Shown here piece by piece: positions 36,783-47,727 of a stretch of DNA of 64,000 bases. This stretch comes from Pseudomonadota bacterium (GTDB lineage: Archaea; Thermoplasmatota; SW-10-69-26; JACQPN01; JAJPHT01): assembly GCA_021325135.1 (NCBI GenBank), contig JAJPHT010000020.1:99721-163720 (forward strand), read 5' to 3'. Each line of letters begins with the position of its first letter. Position 1 is the stretch's first letter. A program made the translations under genes and the position numbers. The notes under the pieces are model-generated. The model saw nothing but the letters and a program-made list of their open reading frames with translations. It searched no databases and was not told the DNA's origin.

Positions 36783-38381
36783 ATGGCCCCTCCCGCGTTC
36801 GAGAACGAGAACACCGTCTTTCGCATGGCCCAGGCGGGGAAGACGGCCGAGCTGGACCGCGAGTACGAGGAGGCGCTCGCCACGCTGCGCAAGCGCGCGG
36901 GCGAGGGCCTGCCCATGCTGGTGGCGGGCAAGGAGGTCCGCCACCCGGCGACGTTCGACGACCACGACCCGGCGACCGGCGATGTCATCGCGCGCTTCCC
37001 CAAGGGGACGGCGGCCGACGTGGACGCGGCGGTCAAGGCGGCCAAGGCGGCGCAGCCCGCCTGGGAGCGCCTGGGGTGGGAGGGCCGCGCCGCGGTCTTC
37101 GAGAAGGCGGCGGGGATCATGCGCCGCGAGCGCCCCATGCTGGCCGCCCTCATGACGCTGGAGAACGGCAAGAACCGCGTCGAGGCGTACTACGACGTGG
37201 ACGAGGCCATCGACTTCCTGAAGTACTACGCCTGGCAGATGCGCGAGCACAAGGGGTACGTCGTCCCCTTGGGGAAGCCCTTCCCCGACGAGACGTGCGT
37301 CTCCGTCATGCGCCCCTGGGGCGTCTTCGCCGTCGTCGGGCCGTTCAACTTCCCCGTCGCCATCCCCACGGGCATGACCGCGGGCGCGCTGATCACCGGC
37401 AACGCCGTCGTGCTCAAGCCCGCCAGCGACACGCCCTGGTGCAGCCACGAGGTCGTGCGCATCCTCCACGAGGCGGGCGTGCCCAGGGAGGTCCTCTCGC
37501 TGGTGACGGGCGGCGGCCGCGAGGTGGGCCAGCCCCTGATCGACCACCCGCAGGTGGACGGCCTCGTCTTCACCGGCAGCCGCGACGTGGGCATGCGCAA
37601 CTACCAGGCGTTCGTCGGCAAGCGGCCGCGCCCCTACATCGCGGAGATGGGCGGCAAGAACGCCACCGTCGTCACGCGCAACGCCGACCTGGAGAAGGCC
37701 GCGACGGGCGTCGTCAAGAGCGCCTTCGGCTTCGGCGGCCAGAAGTGCAGCGCGACCTCCCGCGTCTACGTCCACGAGTCGGTGCACGACGCCTTCGTCG
37801 CGAAGCTCACCGAGAAGGCGAGGAAGCTCCACGTCGACATGCCCTGGAAGAAGGAGGCGGACCTGGGCCCCGTCATCAACGCGGGCGCCGTCGAGACGTT
37901 CGAGGCCGCCGTCGCCGCCGCGAGGAAGGCGGGCGGCCAGTTCGTCGCGGGCGGGCGCGTCCTCAAGGAGGGCCCCCTCGCCAAGGGCCACTTCGTGGAG
38001 CCCACCGTCGTCGTGGGCCTCCCGCTGGACCACGAGGCGTTCCGCCAGGAGTACTTCGTCCCCTTCGTCGCCGTGGGCAAGTACCACGACAACGAGCAAG
38101 CGGTCCGCGAGGTCAACGCGGCGGACTACGGCCTCACCTTCGGCGTCGTGAGCAGCGACCCCGAGGAGGTGCAGTGGTTCTTCGACCGCGTCGAGGCCGG
38201 CGTGCAGTACGCCAACCGCGACCGCGGCAGCAGCACCGGCGCCATGGTGGGCGGGCAGTCCTTCGGCGGCTGGAAGTTCAGCGCCACCACCGACCGCGGC
38301 GCGGGCGGCCCCTGGTACCTCACGCAGTTCCTCCGCGAGCAGAGCCGCACCTACGCGGGCGGCATGCGGCCGCCGCAGTAG
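36783..38381 (+). CDS. Aldehyde dehydrogenase, 1-pyrroline-5-carboxylate dehydrogenase (RocA/PruA)-like
   Basis: EAIDFLKYY, PFNFP, FTGS, EMGGKN, FGGQKCSA, QSFGGWKFS. Confidence 0.88.
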   Translation: MAPPAFENENTVFRMAQAGKTAELDREYEEALATLRKRAGEGLPMLVAGKEVRHPATFDDHDPATGDVIARFPKGTAADVDAAVKAAKAAQPAWERLGWEGRAAVFEKAAGIMRRERPMLAALMTLENGKNRVEAYYDVDEAIDFLKYYAWQMREHKGYVVPLGKPFPDETCVSVMRPWGVFAVVGPFNFPVAIPTGMTAGALITGNAVVLKPASDTPWCSHEVVRILHEAGVPREVLSLVTGGGREVGQPLIDHPQVDGLVFTGSRDVGMRNYQAFVGKRPRPYIAEMGGKNATVVTRNADLEKAATGVVKSAFGFGGQKCSATSRVYVHESVHDAFVAKLTEKARKLHVDMPWKKEADLGPVINAGAVETFEAAVAAARKAGGQFVAGGRVLKEGPLAKGHFVEPTVVVGLPLDHEAFRQEYFVPFVAVGKYHDNEQAVREVNAADYGLTFGVVSSDPEEVQWFFDRVEAGVQYANRDRGSSTGAMVGGQSFGGWKFSATTDRGAGGPWYLTQFLREQSRTYAGGMRPPQ

Positions 38382-38446
38382 GCCCCCGGCTGCGCCCGCG
38401 CAACGCTCTTCGCCGCTCCGCCGCGTCGTCGGGGCGAGGGAGTCCC

Positions 38447-38740
38447 CTGAAGGTCCTGCTCGTCGCGCTCAGCCTCGCCTGCTTCACGCTCGCCCCCCTG
38501 GCCGCCGCCTCGTCCGCCAGCGTCTGCACGCCGAACACCTCCGAGTGGAACGCCTGCGTCGAGGGCGGGTGCGTCATCCTTGACGGGCCCACGATCCACG
38601 CCCAGCCCTGCCCGGGCCGGCTCATCACGGTGCCCACGCTCTGCACGCCGCGCCTGGGCCAGGTGTGGATCTGCGAGGGCAACGGATGCGTCTCGGTGGA
38701 CGGGCCCGCGCTGCACGAAGGGTTCTGCCCGCTGCCCTGA
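38447..38740 (+). CDS. Small secreted Cys-rich protein with internal duplication; probable CTG start
   Basis: Signal peptide; two CTP...C...GC...DGP..H...CP units; no in-frame ATG/GTG/TTG before the signal peptide. Confidence 0.6.
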   Translation: MKVLLVALSLACFTLAPLAAASSASVCTPNTSEWNACVEGGCVILDGPTIHAQPCPGRLITVPTLCTPRLGQVWICEGNGCVSVDGPALHEGFCPLP

Positions 38741-38824
38741 GGCCCGCTGCGCTAGCAGGCGGGGGCGCTTGGAAGACATCTGAACCCTCGCCACGGAGAG
38801 GCTTCAAGACGCGGTTCACGATGA

Positions 38825-39856
38825 ATGGCCAAGGCCGATCGAATGGGATTCCGTGGGATGGGGCTGGTCGTCGCCGCGCTGATGCTGCTCCCCTTCCTGC
38901 CCACGAGCGCGGCGGAAAGCATTGACGTCCCCGGGGTCGTCCGCCTGGAGGGGCCGACCGTCGCCCAGATGGAATCCATCGACGGCATCGATGCCTTCGT
39001 CGTGCCCGACCTCGCGAAGGGCATCCTGGTGAAGCTGGACGCTCCCGAACCCTTCTCCCAGGTCTGCTACGTCACCAAGTCCCCCTTTGGCGCTTTGCCT
39101 CACGCGCCGGTCGTGGACGATCCCCAGTGCCGGGACGAGGACCACCTCTCGCTGGAAGCGCAAGGGGCGTCCCAGGGCCCACGGGACTACGTGGCCACCT
39201 ACATCCACCCCATGGAGATGGGCCACATGAGGGCGACCCTCCAAGGGCGCGCGCTCCAGGCCGAGGTCCTCCAGACCAGCCTCGTCAGCAGCCGCGGCTC
39301 CGACGGCACCTCTCCCGGGGACCCCGAGACCGACGAGGGCTACTTCGTGACCCTCAACAAGCCGCGCGTCCTGCTCTCCGGCGTCGCCGACCTCCACGCG
39401 GCCTTCACGGGCTGCCTCAAGATCCATGGGCTCACCGTGTACACGCGGTCCTCCAGCGGCGCGCGCTCGTACGAAACGGGCGAGCCCTCCTCGTCGGGGC
39501 CCATCCCGCGCGGCCCAAGCTGGCTCTACGTCTGCGTCCACGAGGCCACCCTGACGATCAAGGGCCAGTCGCCCCTCGTCGCCGCATCGCCTTCCATTGA
39601 GGCCGCGACGCAGGGCACCCTTCGCTCCCACGGCTCGCCCAGCGAGATCGCGGGCGACCTCTCGTGGCAGCTTTCGGCGAATGGCCTTGGAGGCGTGCTC
39701 AACGTGGGGGTGAGGACGATGGGCGCGGCCCAGGGAACGGCCTCGCCCCAGGCGTCGTGGCTCCCTCTCTCTGCGGGCCTGGGCGTGGTGGGCGTCGCCT
39801 TGGTCGGAGGCTCGGGGCTCGTCCTGCACCGGCAGCGCAGACGCCAAGGCCCTTGA
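38825..39856 (+). CDS. Hypothetical surface protein with C-terminal TM anchor
   Basis: Signal peptide; C-terminal hydrophobic helix followed by HRQRRR. Confidence 0.6.
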   Translation: MAKADRMGFRGMGLVVAALMLLPFLPTSAAESIDVPGVVRLEGPTVAQMESIDGIDAFVVPDLAKGILVKLDAPEPFSQVCYVTKSPFGALPHAPVVDDPQCRDEDHLSLEAQGASQGPRDYVATYIHPMEMGHMRATLQGRALQAEVLQTSLVSSRGSDGTSPGDPETDEGYFVTLNKPRVLLSGVADLHAAFTGCLKIHGLTVYTRSSSGARSYETGEPSSSGPIPRGPSWLYVCVHEATLTIKGQSPLVAASPSIEAATQGTLRSHGSPSEIAGDLSWQLSANGLGGVLNVGVRTMGAAQGTASPQASWLPLSAGLGVVGVALVGGSGLVLHRQRRRQGP

Positions 39857-39863
39857 TCCGACG

Positions 39864-40265
39864 CTACGCCTCGCGCAGCCGCATGGCGACCACGTCGAGG
39901 ATCTGCTGCGCCTGCGCCGCGGGCAGCTGGAGCGCCTTCGCGGCGCGGGCGAGGTAGTCGTCCTCCTCGGGGGCGACCTCGCCGTCGGCGGCCACGATCT
40001 CCGCCGCAATGACGAACGCGGTGGGGCGCAGCGCAGGCGCGATGGCGGAGGCCCACTCGCGGAGCACGACGTCCACGCCGCGCTCGCGGGAGGCCGCGGC
40101 GAGGCGCGCGAGCACGCGGCCCAGGCCGTCCTCGTCCACGTCGCTGAAGAGGGGGTACTGGAGAAGGCGCTCGCGGAGCACCTCGTCCTCCTCCTGCGCG
40201 ATGACGCCGTCGGCGAACATCGCCAGGAGCGCCACGCCGGCCACGCCCTCGCGGTCGGTCCACAT
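39864..40265 (-). CDS. TerB-family protein
   Basis: Twin ADGVIAQEE / ADGEVAPEE motifs. Confidence 0.85.
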   Translation of the reverse strand: MWTDREGVAGVALLAMFADGVIAQEEDEVLRERLLQYPLFSDVDEDGLGRVLARLAAASRERGVDVVLREWASAIAPALRPTAFVIAAEIVAADGEVAPEEDDYLARAAKALQLPAAQAQQILDVVAMRLREA

Positions 40266-40292
40266 GGGGGCTTGCAGCGCGCGGAGGGCGCT

Positions 40293-40484
40293 TCACCCTG
40301 CCGCTCGGCCCCGCGGCGCGAGCCACTGGGGAAGCTCCGAGAGGACGACGAACGCGGCGGCCGCGGCGCAGAGGCCCCACGCGAAGGAGCCCTCCGCGCC
40401 GGCCATGGCGGCGAGGATCGCGGCGAGGCCCAGGACCGAGGCCATGCAGACGCACAGGAATCGGGCGAGGATCGTGCGCGTCAC
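40293..40484 (-). CDS. Small two-helix membrane protein
   Basis: GTGA overlap with the upstream ORF; two hydrophobic helices. Confidence 0.45.
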   Translation of the reverse strand: MTRTILARFLCVCMASVLGLAAILAAMAGAEGSFAWGLCAAAAAFVVLSELPQWLAPRGRAAG

Positions 40485-40708
40485 CCCGCGTGGCGGGCCC
40501 CGAGGACCCGGGCGTTCAGGAGCCAGCCCCCCGCGAGACCGCCCACCCAGCAGGCCAGCCCTTCCCCGAAGAGCTCCCACTGCGTGGCGCGGTCCGCGCC
40601 CAGGAGCATGGCGCCCACGGCCGCGGCGAAGAGCGCGACGGAGGCCATGACGAGGAGCGCGGGGAGCAGGAGCCCCGCCGCGCGCCAGAGCGTGTCGGCC
40701 GAACCCAT
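40481..40708 (-). CDS. Small two-helix membrane protein
   Basis: GGGAG SD; two hydrophobic helices. Confidence 0.5.
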   Translation of the reverse strand: MGSADTLWRAAGLLLPALLVMASVALFAAAVGAMLLGADRATQWELFGEGLACWVGGLAGGWLLNARVLGARHAG

Positions 40709-40797
40709 GGCGCTCCCGTGCGCGGGCGCCGCCTGATGGGTTGTGGTACACCGGGGGAAGCCGCGGCTTTATGGCGCGGGCGCGCCGTCGCGCCGCC

Positions 40798-41946
40798 GTG
40801 AGCGGCGAAGCGTCCTTCGTGGTCGTGGAGGAGGGCAAGGCGCGCGTCAAGGTCCCCGCGGCGGAGCGCACGGAGCGCGGCCCGGGCAACAAGGAGGACG
40901 CGGCCGTCTTCTACAACCCCGCCATGGCGACGAACCGCGACCTCGCGACGCTCCTCATGGCCGCACGGGCGCAGCCGGGTTGGACCGTGCTCGACGGCCT
41001 CGCCGCGTCGGGCCTGCGCGGCCTGCGCTACGCGCTGGAGACCGGCGTTCCCCTCGCGCTGGAGATGAACGACTGGAACCCCGTCGCGGCGCGCACGCTG
41101 GAAGAGAACGCCAAGATGAACGGCGTCGAGGCCAAGGTGACCCGCCGCAACCTCGCGGCGCTCCTCCAGGAGCAGGTCTGGGACGTGGTGGAGCTGGACC
41201 CCTTCGGCAGCCCCGCGCCCTTCCTCGACGGCGCCACGCGCGCGGTGCGCGACGGCGGTCTTCTCGGGGTCACGGCCACCGACACGACGGGCCTCGCGGG
41301 CGTCTTCCCGCGCGTGTGCCGCCGCCGCTACGACGCGGAGCCCATGCACGGCGAGCTGGGCCACGAGGTCGCGCTGCGCATCCTTGCAGGCTCCGTCGCG
41401 CGCCAGGCCGCGAAGCACGAGGTCGCGTTCACGCCCATCTTCAGCCATGCCACGGACCATTATTACCGCATCACGCTCCAGGCCCGCCGCGGCGCGCAGC
41501 GCGCGGACGCGGCGCTGGAGAGCGTCGGCCATCTGATATCATGCCCCGCGTGCGGGCACCGCTCGTTCTCGGAGGAGCGAAGCTGCCCCGAGTGCGGCGG
41601 CCCCGTGCGCGTCGCCGGCCCCCTGTGGACGGGCCCCATGCTGGACGTCGCGACGACGGACGCCATGCAGGCCAAGGTGCCCACGGCCACGCTGGCGCGC
41701 TGGCGCGAGACGCGGCACCTTCTCAACGTGCTATCAGGCGAGGCGCGCGCGCCGCCGCTCTACTACGACATCCACAAGGCAGGCGAGCGGCTCAAGGTCG
41801 GCTCGCCCAGCACGGCCAAGGTCGTGGGGGCCCTCGCGCAGATGGGGCGCGTGGCGTGGAGCGTCCACTTCAACCGCCTCGCCATCCGCACCGACGCCAC
41901 GGCGAAAGAGATGAACGAGGCGGTGCGCATGGCCTCCCTGGGATAG
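40798..41946 (+). CDS. trm1: tRNA (guanine(26)-N2)-dimethyltransferase
   Basis: VFYNPAMATNRD, ASGLRGLRY, LDPFGSP, VTATD, Zn ribbon CPAC..CPEC, AGPLWTG. Confidence 0.93.
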   Translation: MSGEASFVVVEEGKARVKVPAAERTERGPGNKEDAAVFYNPAMATNRDLATLLMAARAQPGWTVLDGLAASGLRGLRYALETGVPLALEMNDWNPVAARTLEENAKMNGVEAKVTRRNLAALLQEQVWDVVELDPFGSPAPFLDGATRAVRDGGLLGVTATDTTGLAGVFPRVCRRRYDAEPMHGELGHEVALRILAGSVARQAAKHEVAFTPIFSHATDHYYRITLQARRGAQRADAALESVGHLISCPACGHRSFSEERSCPECGGPVRVAGPLWTGPMLDVATTDAMQAKVPTATLARWRETRHLLNVLSGEARAPPLYYDIHKAGERLKVGSPSTAKVVGALAQMGRVAWSVHFNRLAIRTDATAKEMNEAVRMASLG

Positions 41947-41947
41947 C

Positions 41948-42982
41948 ATGGACGCGGACCTGGCCATCGTGGGCGGCGGCGTCATGGGCCTCGCCACCGC
42001 GTGGGCCGCCGCGCGCGCCGGCGCCTCCGTCGTCCTCGTCGACCCGCTGCCCCGCGACAACGACCGCAACGCCTCCAACGACACGAGCAAGATCTTCCGC
42101 TACGCCTACGCCCGCGACCGCGAGATGGTCCTCCTCGCCAAGCGCGCGCTGCCCCTCTGGCGCCAGCTGGAGAAGGAGAGCGGCGCATCGATCCTGCATC
42201 AGCAGGGGCTCGTCCTCTTCGGCGGCTCCGGGGGCTTCGCGGACCAGAGCGCGCGCACGCTCCTGGAGATGGGCGAGCCCGCCGAGGTCGTCGAAGGCCC
42301 CGCCCTCTCGCGTTTCCCCTTCCACGGCCTCCCGCGCGCGGTCGTCGACCCCCACGGCGGCTGGCTCGACCCGCCCGCCGCCCTGCGCGCCTTCGAGGAG
42401 CAGGCCCTCGCCCACGGCGCGCAGGTGAGGCGCGGCGTCGGCGCCACCGCCGTCTCCGAAGGCCGCGTCGCGCTCGCGGACGGCTCCGTGATATCATCGC
42501 GCTCCGTGGTCGTGGCGGCGGGCCCCCACGCGCCGCGCCTGCTCCCCTTCCTGAGGCCGCGCATCCGCGTCACGCGCCAGGTGGAGCTCTACTTCCGCGC
42601 GCCCGAAGGGCTCCCCGCCATCCCCGTCTTCGCCGCCATGGAGGAGGGCTTCTACGGCTTCCCCGCGCAGGAGGGGCTCGTCAAGGTCGCGGACCACCGC
42701 AAGGGGCCCGGCGTCCTGAACCCGGACGCCCCGCGTCCTCCAGCGACCGCGCAGGAGGAGGCCGCCGCCCGGGCGTGGCTGCGCCAGCGCCTGCCCGCCC
42801 TCGCGGAGGCGCCCCTCGCGCGCTCGCGCGTGTGCCTCTACGACAACACGCCCGACGACCGCTTCGTCCTCTCCCCCGCGCCGGGCATGCCGCGCGTCTT
42901 CGTGGGCGCGGGCTTCTCGGGGCACGGGTTCAAGTTCGCGCCGGCGGTGGGCGAGGCGCTTGCGGGCATGGCGCTGCGCTAG
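41948..42982 (+). CDS. Monomeric sarcosine oxidase/MTOX-family flavoprotein
   Basis: [20 protein letters not shown] (flavinylation Cys position), GFSGHGFKF. Confidence 0.85.
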   Translation: MDADLAIVGGGVMGLATAWAAARAGASVVLVDPLPRDNDRNASNDTSKIFRYAYARDREMVLLAKRALPLWRQLEKESGASILHQQGLVLFGGSGGFADQSARTLLEMGEPAEVVEGPALSRFPFHGLPRAVVDPHGGWLDPPAALRAFEEQALAHGAQVRRGVGATAVSEGRVALADGSVISSRSVVVAAGPHAPRLLPFLRPRIRVTRQVELYFRAPEGLPAIPVFAAMEEGFYGFPAQEGLVKVADHRKGPGVLNPDAPRPPATAQEEAAARAWLRQRLPALAEAPLARSRVCLYDNTPDDRFVLSPAPGMPRVFVGAGFSGHGFKFAPAVGEALAGMALR

Positions 42983-44120
42983 CGCGCAGGCGCCGCAGCC
43001 GCGGGAGCGCGGAGAGCGACGCCAGCGCGAGGGTCGCCAGGAGCGCGGCCGTCTTGGCCGCTTCGGGCCACGGCGCGTGCCGCACGCCGTCGAGCACCAG
43101 GGCGAGGCCCGCGCCCAGGAGCAGCTTCACGGCGACCTTCGCGGCCTTGGCGCGCGCCCAGCCCGCGCTGGAGATGGCCTGCGCGGAGGCCGCCGCGGCG
43201 CCGGCCCCCAGCGAGACGGCCCACGGCAGCGCGGGGCCCGCCACGAGCAGCGCCGCCGTGCCCGCGAGGAAGGCGGGGTACGTCGTGAAGCACCCGACGC
43301 AGAGGCGCACGCCTTTCACGACGTAGACGTCGGCGCGGAACGGGTCGCCGGGCGGGTGGTGCGCGAAGAGGCGATCCCACCGCTCGCGGCGCGTGGCGGC
43401 CAGGTGCGGCGGGCCCTGCGCGCACGCCGCAGGAAGGAGGAGGGCGGCGCAGGCGCAGCCTCCGCAGTTGCCGCACCCGCCGCAGCTCCCGCACCCTTGG
43501 CAACCGCAATCGCCGCAGCCGCAGTTGCCGCACCCGCAGTCGCCGCAGCCTTGGCACCCGCACCCTTGGCATCCGCAGTCCCCGCATTGGCCGCAGCCCT
43601 GGCATCCGCAGTTCCCGCACCCCTGGCAGCCGCAGCCGGGGGCGTTGCAACCGGAGCAGTCCGGGCAGCCCGCGGCCGAGGAGGGGGACCCCGCGGTGGG
43701 GGCCGAGGGCGCGCTGGCGGGGCGGCTGACCTGGAGCCCCATGCAGCAGAGCAGGAGGACGAGGATGGGGAGCACGAGGAAGGCGCCCAGGTGGACGAGG
43801 CCCAGCACGAGGCCCGCGATGGCGAGGCCGCGGCCCACCATCTGGCCCTGGCTGCGCCGCACGTCGCCGGCGCCGCGCACGCCGTAGAGGATCGCCAGGC
43901 CGGAGAGGACCAGCGCCCCCGCCAGGAAGATCGCGACGTCGCCCACGAGCCAAAGCAGCGTGAGGCCCCACGCCACGAGCCCCAGCACGAAGGCGACGCG
44001 GGCGGCGCGGGAGGGAAGCGGCGCAGGGGGCGGCTTGTCGTCCGCCACGACGGTGAACTCCACCGGGCGCGGGGGCGGCGGGTCGCCGGCCACCCCGAAG
44101 TCGTCCTCCTCCTCGCGCAC
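42930..44120 (-). CDS. Membrane protein: DUF4190-like N-terminus, Cys/Gly tract, C-terminal TM domain
   Basis: [12 protein letters not shown] motif; 27 Cys in 74 aa; HH...LCVGC followed by TM helices. Confidence 0.7.
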   Translation of the reverse strand: MREEEDDFGVAGDPPPPRPVEFTVVADDKPPPAPLPSRAARVAFVLGLVAWGLTLLWLVGDVAIFLAGALVLSGLAILYGVRGAGDVRRSQGQMVGRGLAIAGLVLGLVHLGAFLVLPILVLLLCCMGLQVSRPASAPSAPTAGSPSSAAGCPDCSGCNAPGCGCQGCGNCGCQGCGQCGDCGCQGCGCQGCGDCGCGNCGCGDCGCQGCGSCGGCGNCGGCACAALLLPAACAQGPPHLAATRRERWDRLFAHHPPGDPFRADVYVVKGVRLCVGCFTTYPAFLAGTAALLVAGPALPWAVSLGAGAAAASAQAISSAGWARAKAAKVAVKLLLGAGLALVLDGVRHAPWPEAAKTAALLATLALASLSALPRLRRLRASAAPCPQAPRPPPART

Positions 44121-44155
44121 GCCAGGCCAAAGCGGGCGCGCGAGATGAACGTTCC

Positions 44156-44608
44156 TCAGGCGATGCCGCGCGCGAGGAGGAGGCCCGCCGCGCCCAGCGC
44201 GAGGAGGGCCTCGGCGCCCGCGAAGCGCCAGTCCCCGAAGTAGCGCCGCAGGTAGCCCAGGAAGGGCTCGCGCTCGACGCCCGGCAGCAGGCGGAGCCCG
44301 TAGATCCTCGTGGAGAACGGGTTGAGCCTCAGGCCGTACTCCCACACGTCCAGCGAGAAGTGCAGCATGCATCCCGCGAGGACCCACCACGCCAGGGGCC
44401 AGACGAGGGCGACCGGGACCAGCGCCGCCGCGACCACGGGCGGGCAGTGGGAGAGGAACGTCCGATGGTTGCGCCCCGTGAGCAGCTGAAGAGAGAAGTC
44501 CCAGTCGGTGAGGACGCTGGCCAGCACCAGCGCGGCGAAGGGCGCGCCGTGCAGCCCGAGGGCGAGCCCCACGAGGAGGCCGCTGGTGAGGTGCGCGGAG
44601 GCGAACAC
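44156..44608 (-). CDS. Membrane metal-dependent hydrolase (YdjM/YbcI-like)
   Basis: SAH...TDWD...NHRTFLSH...LHFSLD. Confidence 0.7.
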   Translation of the reverse strand: MFASAHLTSGLLVGLALGLHGAPFAALVLASVLTDWDFSLQLLTGRNHRTFLSHCPPVVAAALVPVALVWPLAWWVLAGCMLHFSLDVWEYGLRLNPFSTRIYGLRLLPGVEREPFLGYLRRYFGDWRFAGAEALLALGAAGLLLARGIA

Positions 44609-44805
44609 GCGACCGCCAACCGGCGGCCTCCACTTGAGGCTGCGTCCGCAGGGGCGGCGCTGGCAAGGGTGCCGCGCGCAGCATCGTGGCGCAGCGGGGC
44701 TTTCGGAGGGGGCAGGAGGACCGCGGGACAAGAAGGGGCCAGATGAACGTGCCGCCGGGTGTGGAGCGCGCCCTTTTATCGCAGCCCGACGGTCGCCCCG
44801 CGAGC

Positions 44806-46581
44806 ATGCCCTACGACCTCCACGCCTTCGTGCGCGACCTGGAGAGCCGCGGCGAGCTTCGCCGCGTCAAGGCGGAGGTCGACCCCGAGCTGGAGATCGC
44901 GGAGGTGTACGACCGCGTCGTGAAGAAGGGGGGTCCCGCGCTCCTCTTCGAGAACGTGCGCGGCTCGTCCATGCCGGTGCTCATCAACGCCTTCGGCACC
45001 GACGCGCGCATGGCCCTCGCGCTGGGGCGCGAGCCGGCGCAGATCGGCAAGGACCTCATGGCGCTGGTGAAGACGCGCCCTCCCCGCTCGTTCCGCGAGA
45101 TGCTCGCGCTCGCGCGCAAGGCCCGGGACGTACTCTCGTTCCCTCCCAAGAAGGTCCGCCGGGCGCGCTGCCAGGAGGTCGTCCTCACGGGCGAGGAGGT
45201 CGATATCACGAAGCTGCCCGTGCTGAAGTGCTGGCCCCTGGACGCGGGGCGCTTCATCACGCTGCCGCAGGTCTACACGCGCGACCCCGAGACGGGCGAG
45301 CGCAACATGGGCATGTATCGCATGCAGGTCTTCGGGCCGCGGGAGACGGGCATGCACTGGCAGACGCACAAGCACGGCACGGAGCACTACCGCAAGGCGA
45401 AGGCGATGGGCGTGAAGCTCCCGGTCGCGGTGGCGCTGGGCGGCGACCCCGCGCTGACCTACGGGGCCACGGCGCCGCTGCCTCCGGGCTTCGACGAGGT
45501 GATGTTCTGCGGCTACGTGCGCCGCGAGCGCGTCCGCATGGTCAAGTGCAGGACGGTGGACCTGGAGGTCCCTGCCGACGCAGATATCATTCTTGAAGGG
45601 TACGTCGACCCCGCGGAGCCGCTGCGCACCGAGGGGCCCTTCGGCGACCACACCGGCTACTACAGCCTGGCGGACCGGTTCCCGGTCTTCCACGTCACGG
45701 CCATCACGCACCGGCGCGACGCCATCTACCCCACCACCGTCGTGGGCATCCCGCCGCAGGAGGACGGCCCCATGGGGAAGGCCACCGAGCGGCTCTTCTT
45801 GGAATTGATGCGCTTCCAGGTGCCGGAGCTGGTGGACATGGACATGCCCCTGGAGGGCGCGTTCCACAACCTGATGATCGCCAGCATCCGGAAACGATAT
45901 CCCGGCCACGCGCGCAAGGCCATGATGAGCCTCTGGGGCGCAGGCCTCGTCTCGCTGGAGAAGGCGCTCGTCATCGTGGACGAGGGGGTGGACGTGCACA
46001 GCGCGGACGCGGTGCTCGCGGCCCTCGCGCGGCTCGACCCGCCGCGCGACCTGCTGGTCATCGACCAGCTTCCCACCGACACGCTGGACCACGCCGCGCC
46101 CCGGCCCGACCTGGGGAGCCACGTCGGCATCGACCTCACCACCCCCCTGGGCGCGGAGCCGCCCCGCACGCCGCAGTCGGGCGGCGCGATCCCCCCCTTC
46201 GACGCGCTGCGCGCGAAGGCGCCCTCCCTGGTGGCCGCGCGGCAGGTCGCGCCGCGGCTCGCCCTCGTCTCGTTCCGCAAGGGGCCCCGCGACACCGCGC
46301 GCGCCCTCCTCCAGGCGCTCTGGGATGCGGGCGTGCCCGAAGGCGTCGTCCTCGTGGCGTTCGACGACGACGTGGACGTGCGCGACGGCAGCAGCGCCCT
46401 CTTCCACGCGACGGCGAACCTCGACCCCGCGCGTGATATCATCCGCGATGGGGCGCGCGTCGGGATCGACGCCACGGTGAAGCGCGTGGACGAGGGCGCG
46501 CGGGAGTGGCCGCCCATCATCCGCATGGACGACGCCACCAAGGCGCGGGTGGACAAGCGCTGGGCCGAGTACGGGCTCTAG
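44806..46581 (+). CDS. UbiD-family decarboxylase (menaquinone-biosynthesis type)
   Basis: [33 protein letters not shown]; extra C-terminal repeat domain. Confidence 0.92.
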   Translation: MPYDLHAFVRDLESRGELRRVKAEVDPELEIAEVYDRVVKKGGPALLFENVRGSSMPVLINAFGTDARMALALGREPAQIGKDLMALVKTRPPRSFREMLALARKARDVLSFPPKKVRRARCQEVVLTGEEVDITKLPVLKCWPLDAGRFITLPQVYTRDPETGERNMGMYRMQVFGPRETGMHWQTHKHGTEHYRKAKAMGVKLPVAVALGGDPALTYGATAPLPPGFDEVMFCGYVRRERVRMVKCRTVDLEVPADADIILEGYVDPAEPLRTEGPFGDHTGYYSLADRFPVFHVTAITHRRDAIYPTTVVGIPPQEDGPMGKATERLFLELMRFQVPELVDMDMPLEGAFHNLMIASIRKRYPGHARKAMMSLWGAGLVSLEKALVIVDEGVDVHSADAVLAALARLDPPRDLLVIDQLPTDTLDHAAPRPDLGSHVGIDLTTPLGAEPPRTPQSGGAIPPFDALRAKAPSLVAARQVAPRLALVSFRKGPRDTARALLQALWDAGVPEGVVLVAFDDDVDVRDGSSALFHATANLDPARDIIRDGARVGIDATVKRVDEGAREWPPIIRMDDATKARVDKRWAEYGL

Positions 46582-46793
46582 GCCGCCGTCTTGCCGATGG
46601 GGCAGGTCAGCCACGGCGGGAAGACGGAGCAGGGGAAGCACGTCCAGTTGATGTCGGGCGGGATCGTGGGCGTGAACCAGGGGCACTTGCTCGGCGGGAG
46701 CGCGCCCGAAGCCGAAGGCGACGCGGCGAGGCTGAGCGGGGCCAGCAGGAGAAGGGAGACCGCCACGAGGGCGGCCGGAGCGCGGGAGGTCAT
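46578..46793 (-). CDS. Small secreted Cys/Pro/Trp-rich peptide
   Basis: Signal peptide; CPWF...WTCFPC...WLTCP. Confidence 0.5.
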   Translation of the reverse strand: MTSRAPAALVAVSLLLLAPLSLAASPSASGALPPSKCPWFTPTIPPDINWTCFPCSVFPPWLTCPIGKTAA

Positions 46794-46862
46794 CGCCGCA
46801 GCATCCCCGCGGGGCGTGATAACGCCTCGCTCCCATCCAGGGAAGGCGCAACCTTCCGCGGC

Positions 46863-47663
46863 CTATAGCGGCGCGTCCGTCCCCGTGAGGCGGCCCGAGA
46901 AGGCGTGCTCCGCGCTGCCGCCGCGCGCCCAGCTCCAGCTGAGCACGAGCCCCGTCGTGGAGGACCACTCGGTCTGGAAGCTGAAGGGCTCGTCGGTGGG
47001 GTCGCCCGTCGCGCGGTAGGCGTCCACGGCGCGCGCGCCGCCCGGGGCGGGCACCGTCGCCTGCGCGGGGCCGGCGAACGTCCGCGTCTCGTTGACGAGG
47101 CCGCACCCCCGCACGTACCAGACCGTGACGGGCTCGCCGGGCGCGGGCGGGGCGCGCGTGTCGAAGGGGGGCCAGTGGGGTGGGTGCGCCGCCGTGAAGC
47201 TGGCGTGCAGCGTCGTGTTGCTCCACGTCACGCCGTCGGAGCGATCGTGGCGCTCGCCGTCGCACACCCCGCGCCAGTCGCCGTCGTGGTACGTCCACGT
47301 CACGTTGGCGAAGGACTCCCACTCCTGCGTGGAGCCCGCGAAGCTCTGCCCCTCGTGGAGCGTGTAGGACACGAAGCTCCCCTCGCGAGGCCAGGAGGGG
47401 GGCGAGGGCGAGGGCGCAGGCGGGGTCGACGGGCGGGGCGCCGGCGGGGGCGGCGTCGGCGCAGGGGCGGGGGCGGGCGCAGGCGTGGGCGTCGGGGGGC
47501 CGAAGACCTCGCCGGGGGAGGTCGCGTTGGGGGCCGTCGACTCCTGGGGCGCCTCGGCGGGGGTGGCGTTCCCGCGGGCGCGCTCGATGGCGTCCTCCGC
47601 GGCCTGGATGCAGCCGGCGGAAAGAAGGGCGCCCGCCACGGCGACGAGGAGCGCGGCCCGCAT
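46863..47663 (-). CDS. Lipoprotein with Pro-rich linker
   Basis: Lipobox LSAGC; poly-PA/PT linker; beta-rich C-terminal domain. Confidence 0.75.
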   Translation of the reverse strand: MRAALLVAVAGALLSAGCIQAAEDAIERARGNATPAEAPQESTAPNATSPGEVFGPPTPTPAPAPAPAPTPPPPAPRPSTPPAPSPSPPSWPREGSFVSYTLHEGQSFAGSTQEWESFANVTWTYHDGDWRGVCDGERHDRSDGVTWSNTTLHASFTAAHPPHWPPFDTRAPPAPGEPVTVWYVRGCGLVNETRTFAGPAQATVPAPGGARAVDAYRATGDPTDEPFSFQTEWSSTTGLVLSWSWARGGSAEHAFSGRLTGTDAPL

Positions 47664-47727
47664 GGAGCCCAGCAGGGATGCAGGCAGGATGACCTTTCAC
47701 GCCGCGTCGTCGATGGCCGCATGGCTC

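Noticed and set aside
43393-43887. Gln/Pro-rich (PQPWH) repeat protein on the + strand
   Set aside because: Antisense of the Cys/Gly tract; the minus frame is continuous with recognisable TM domains
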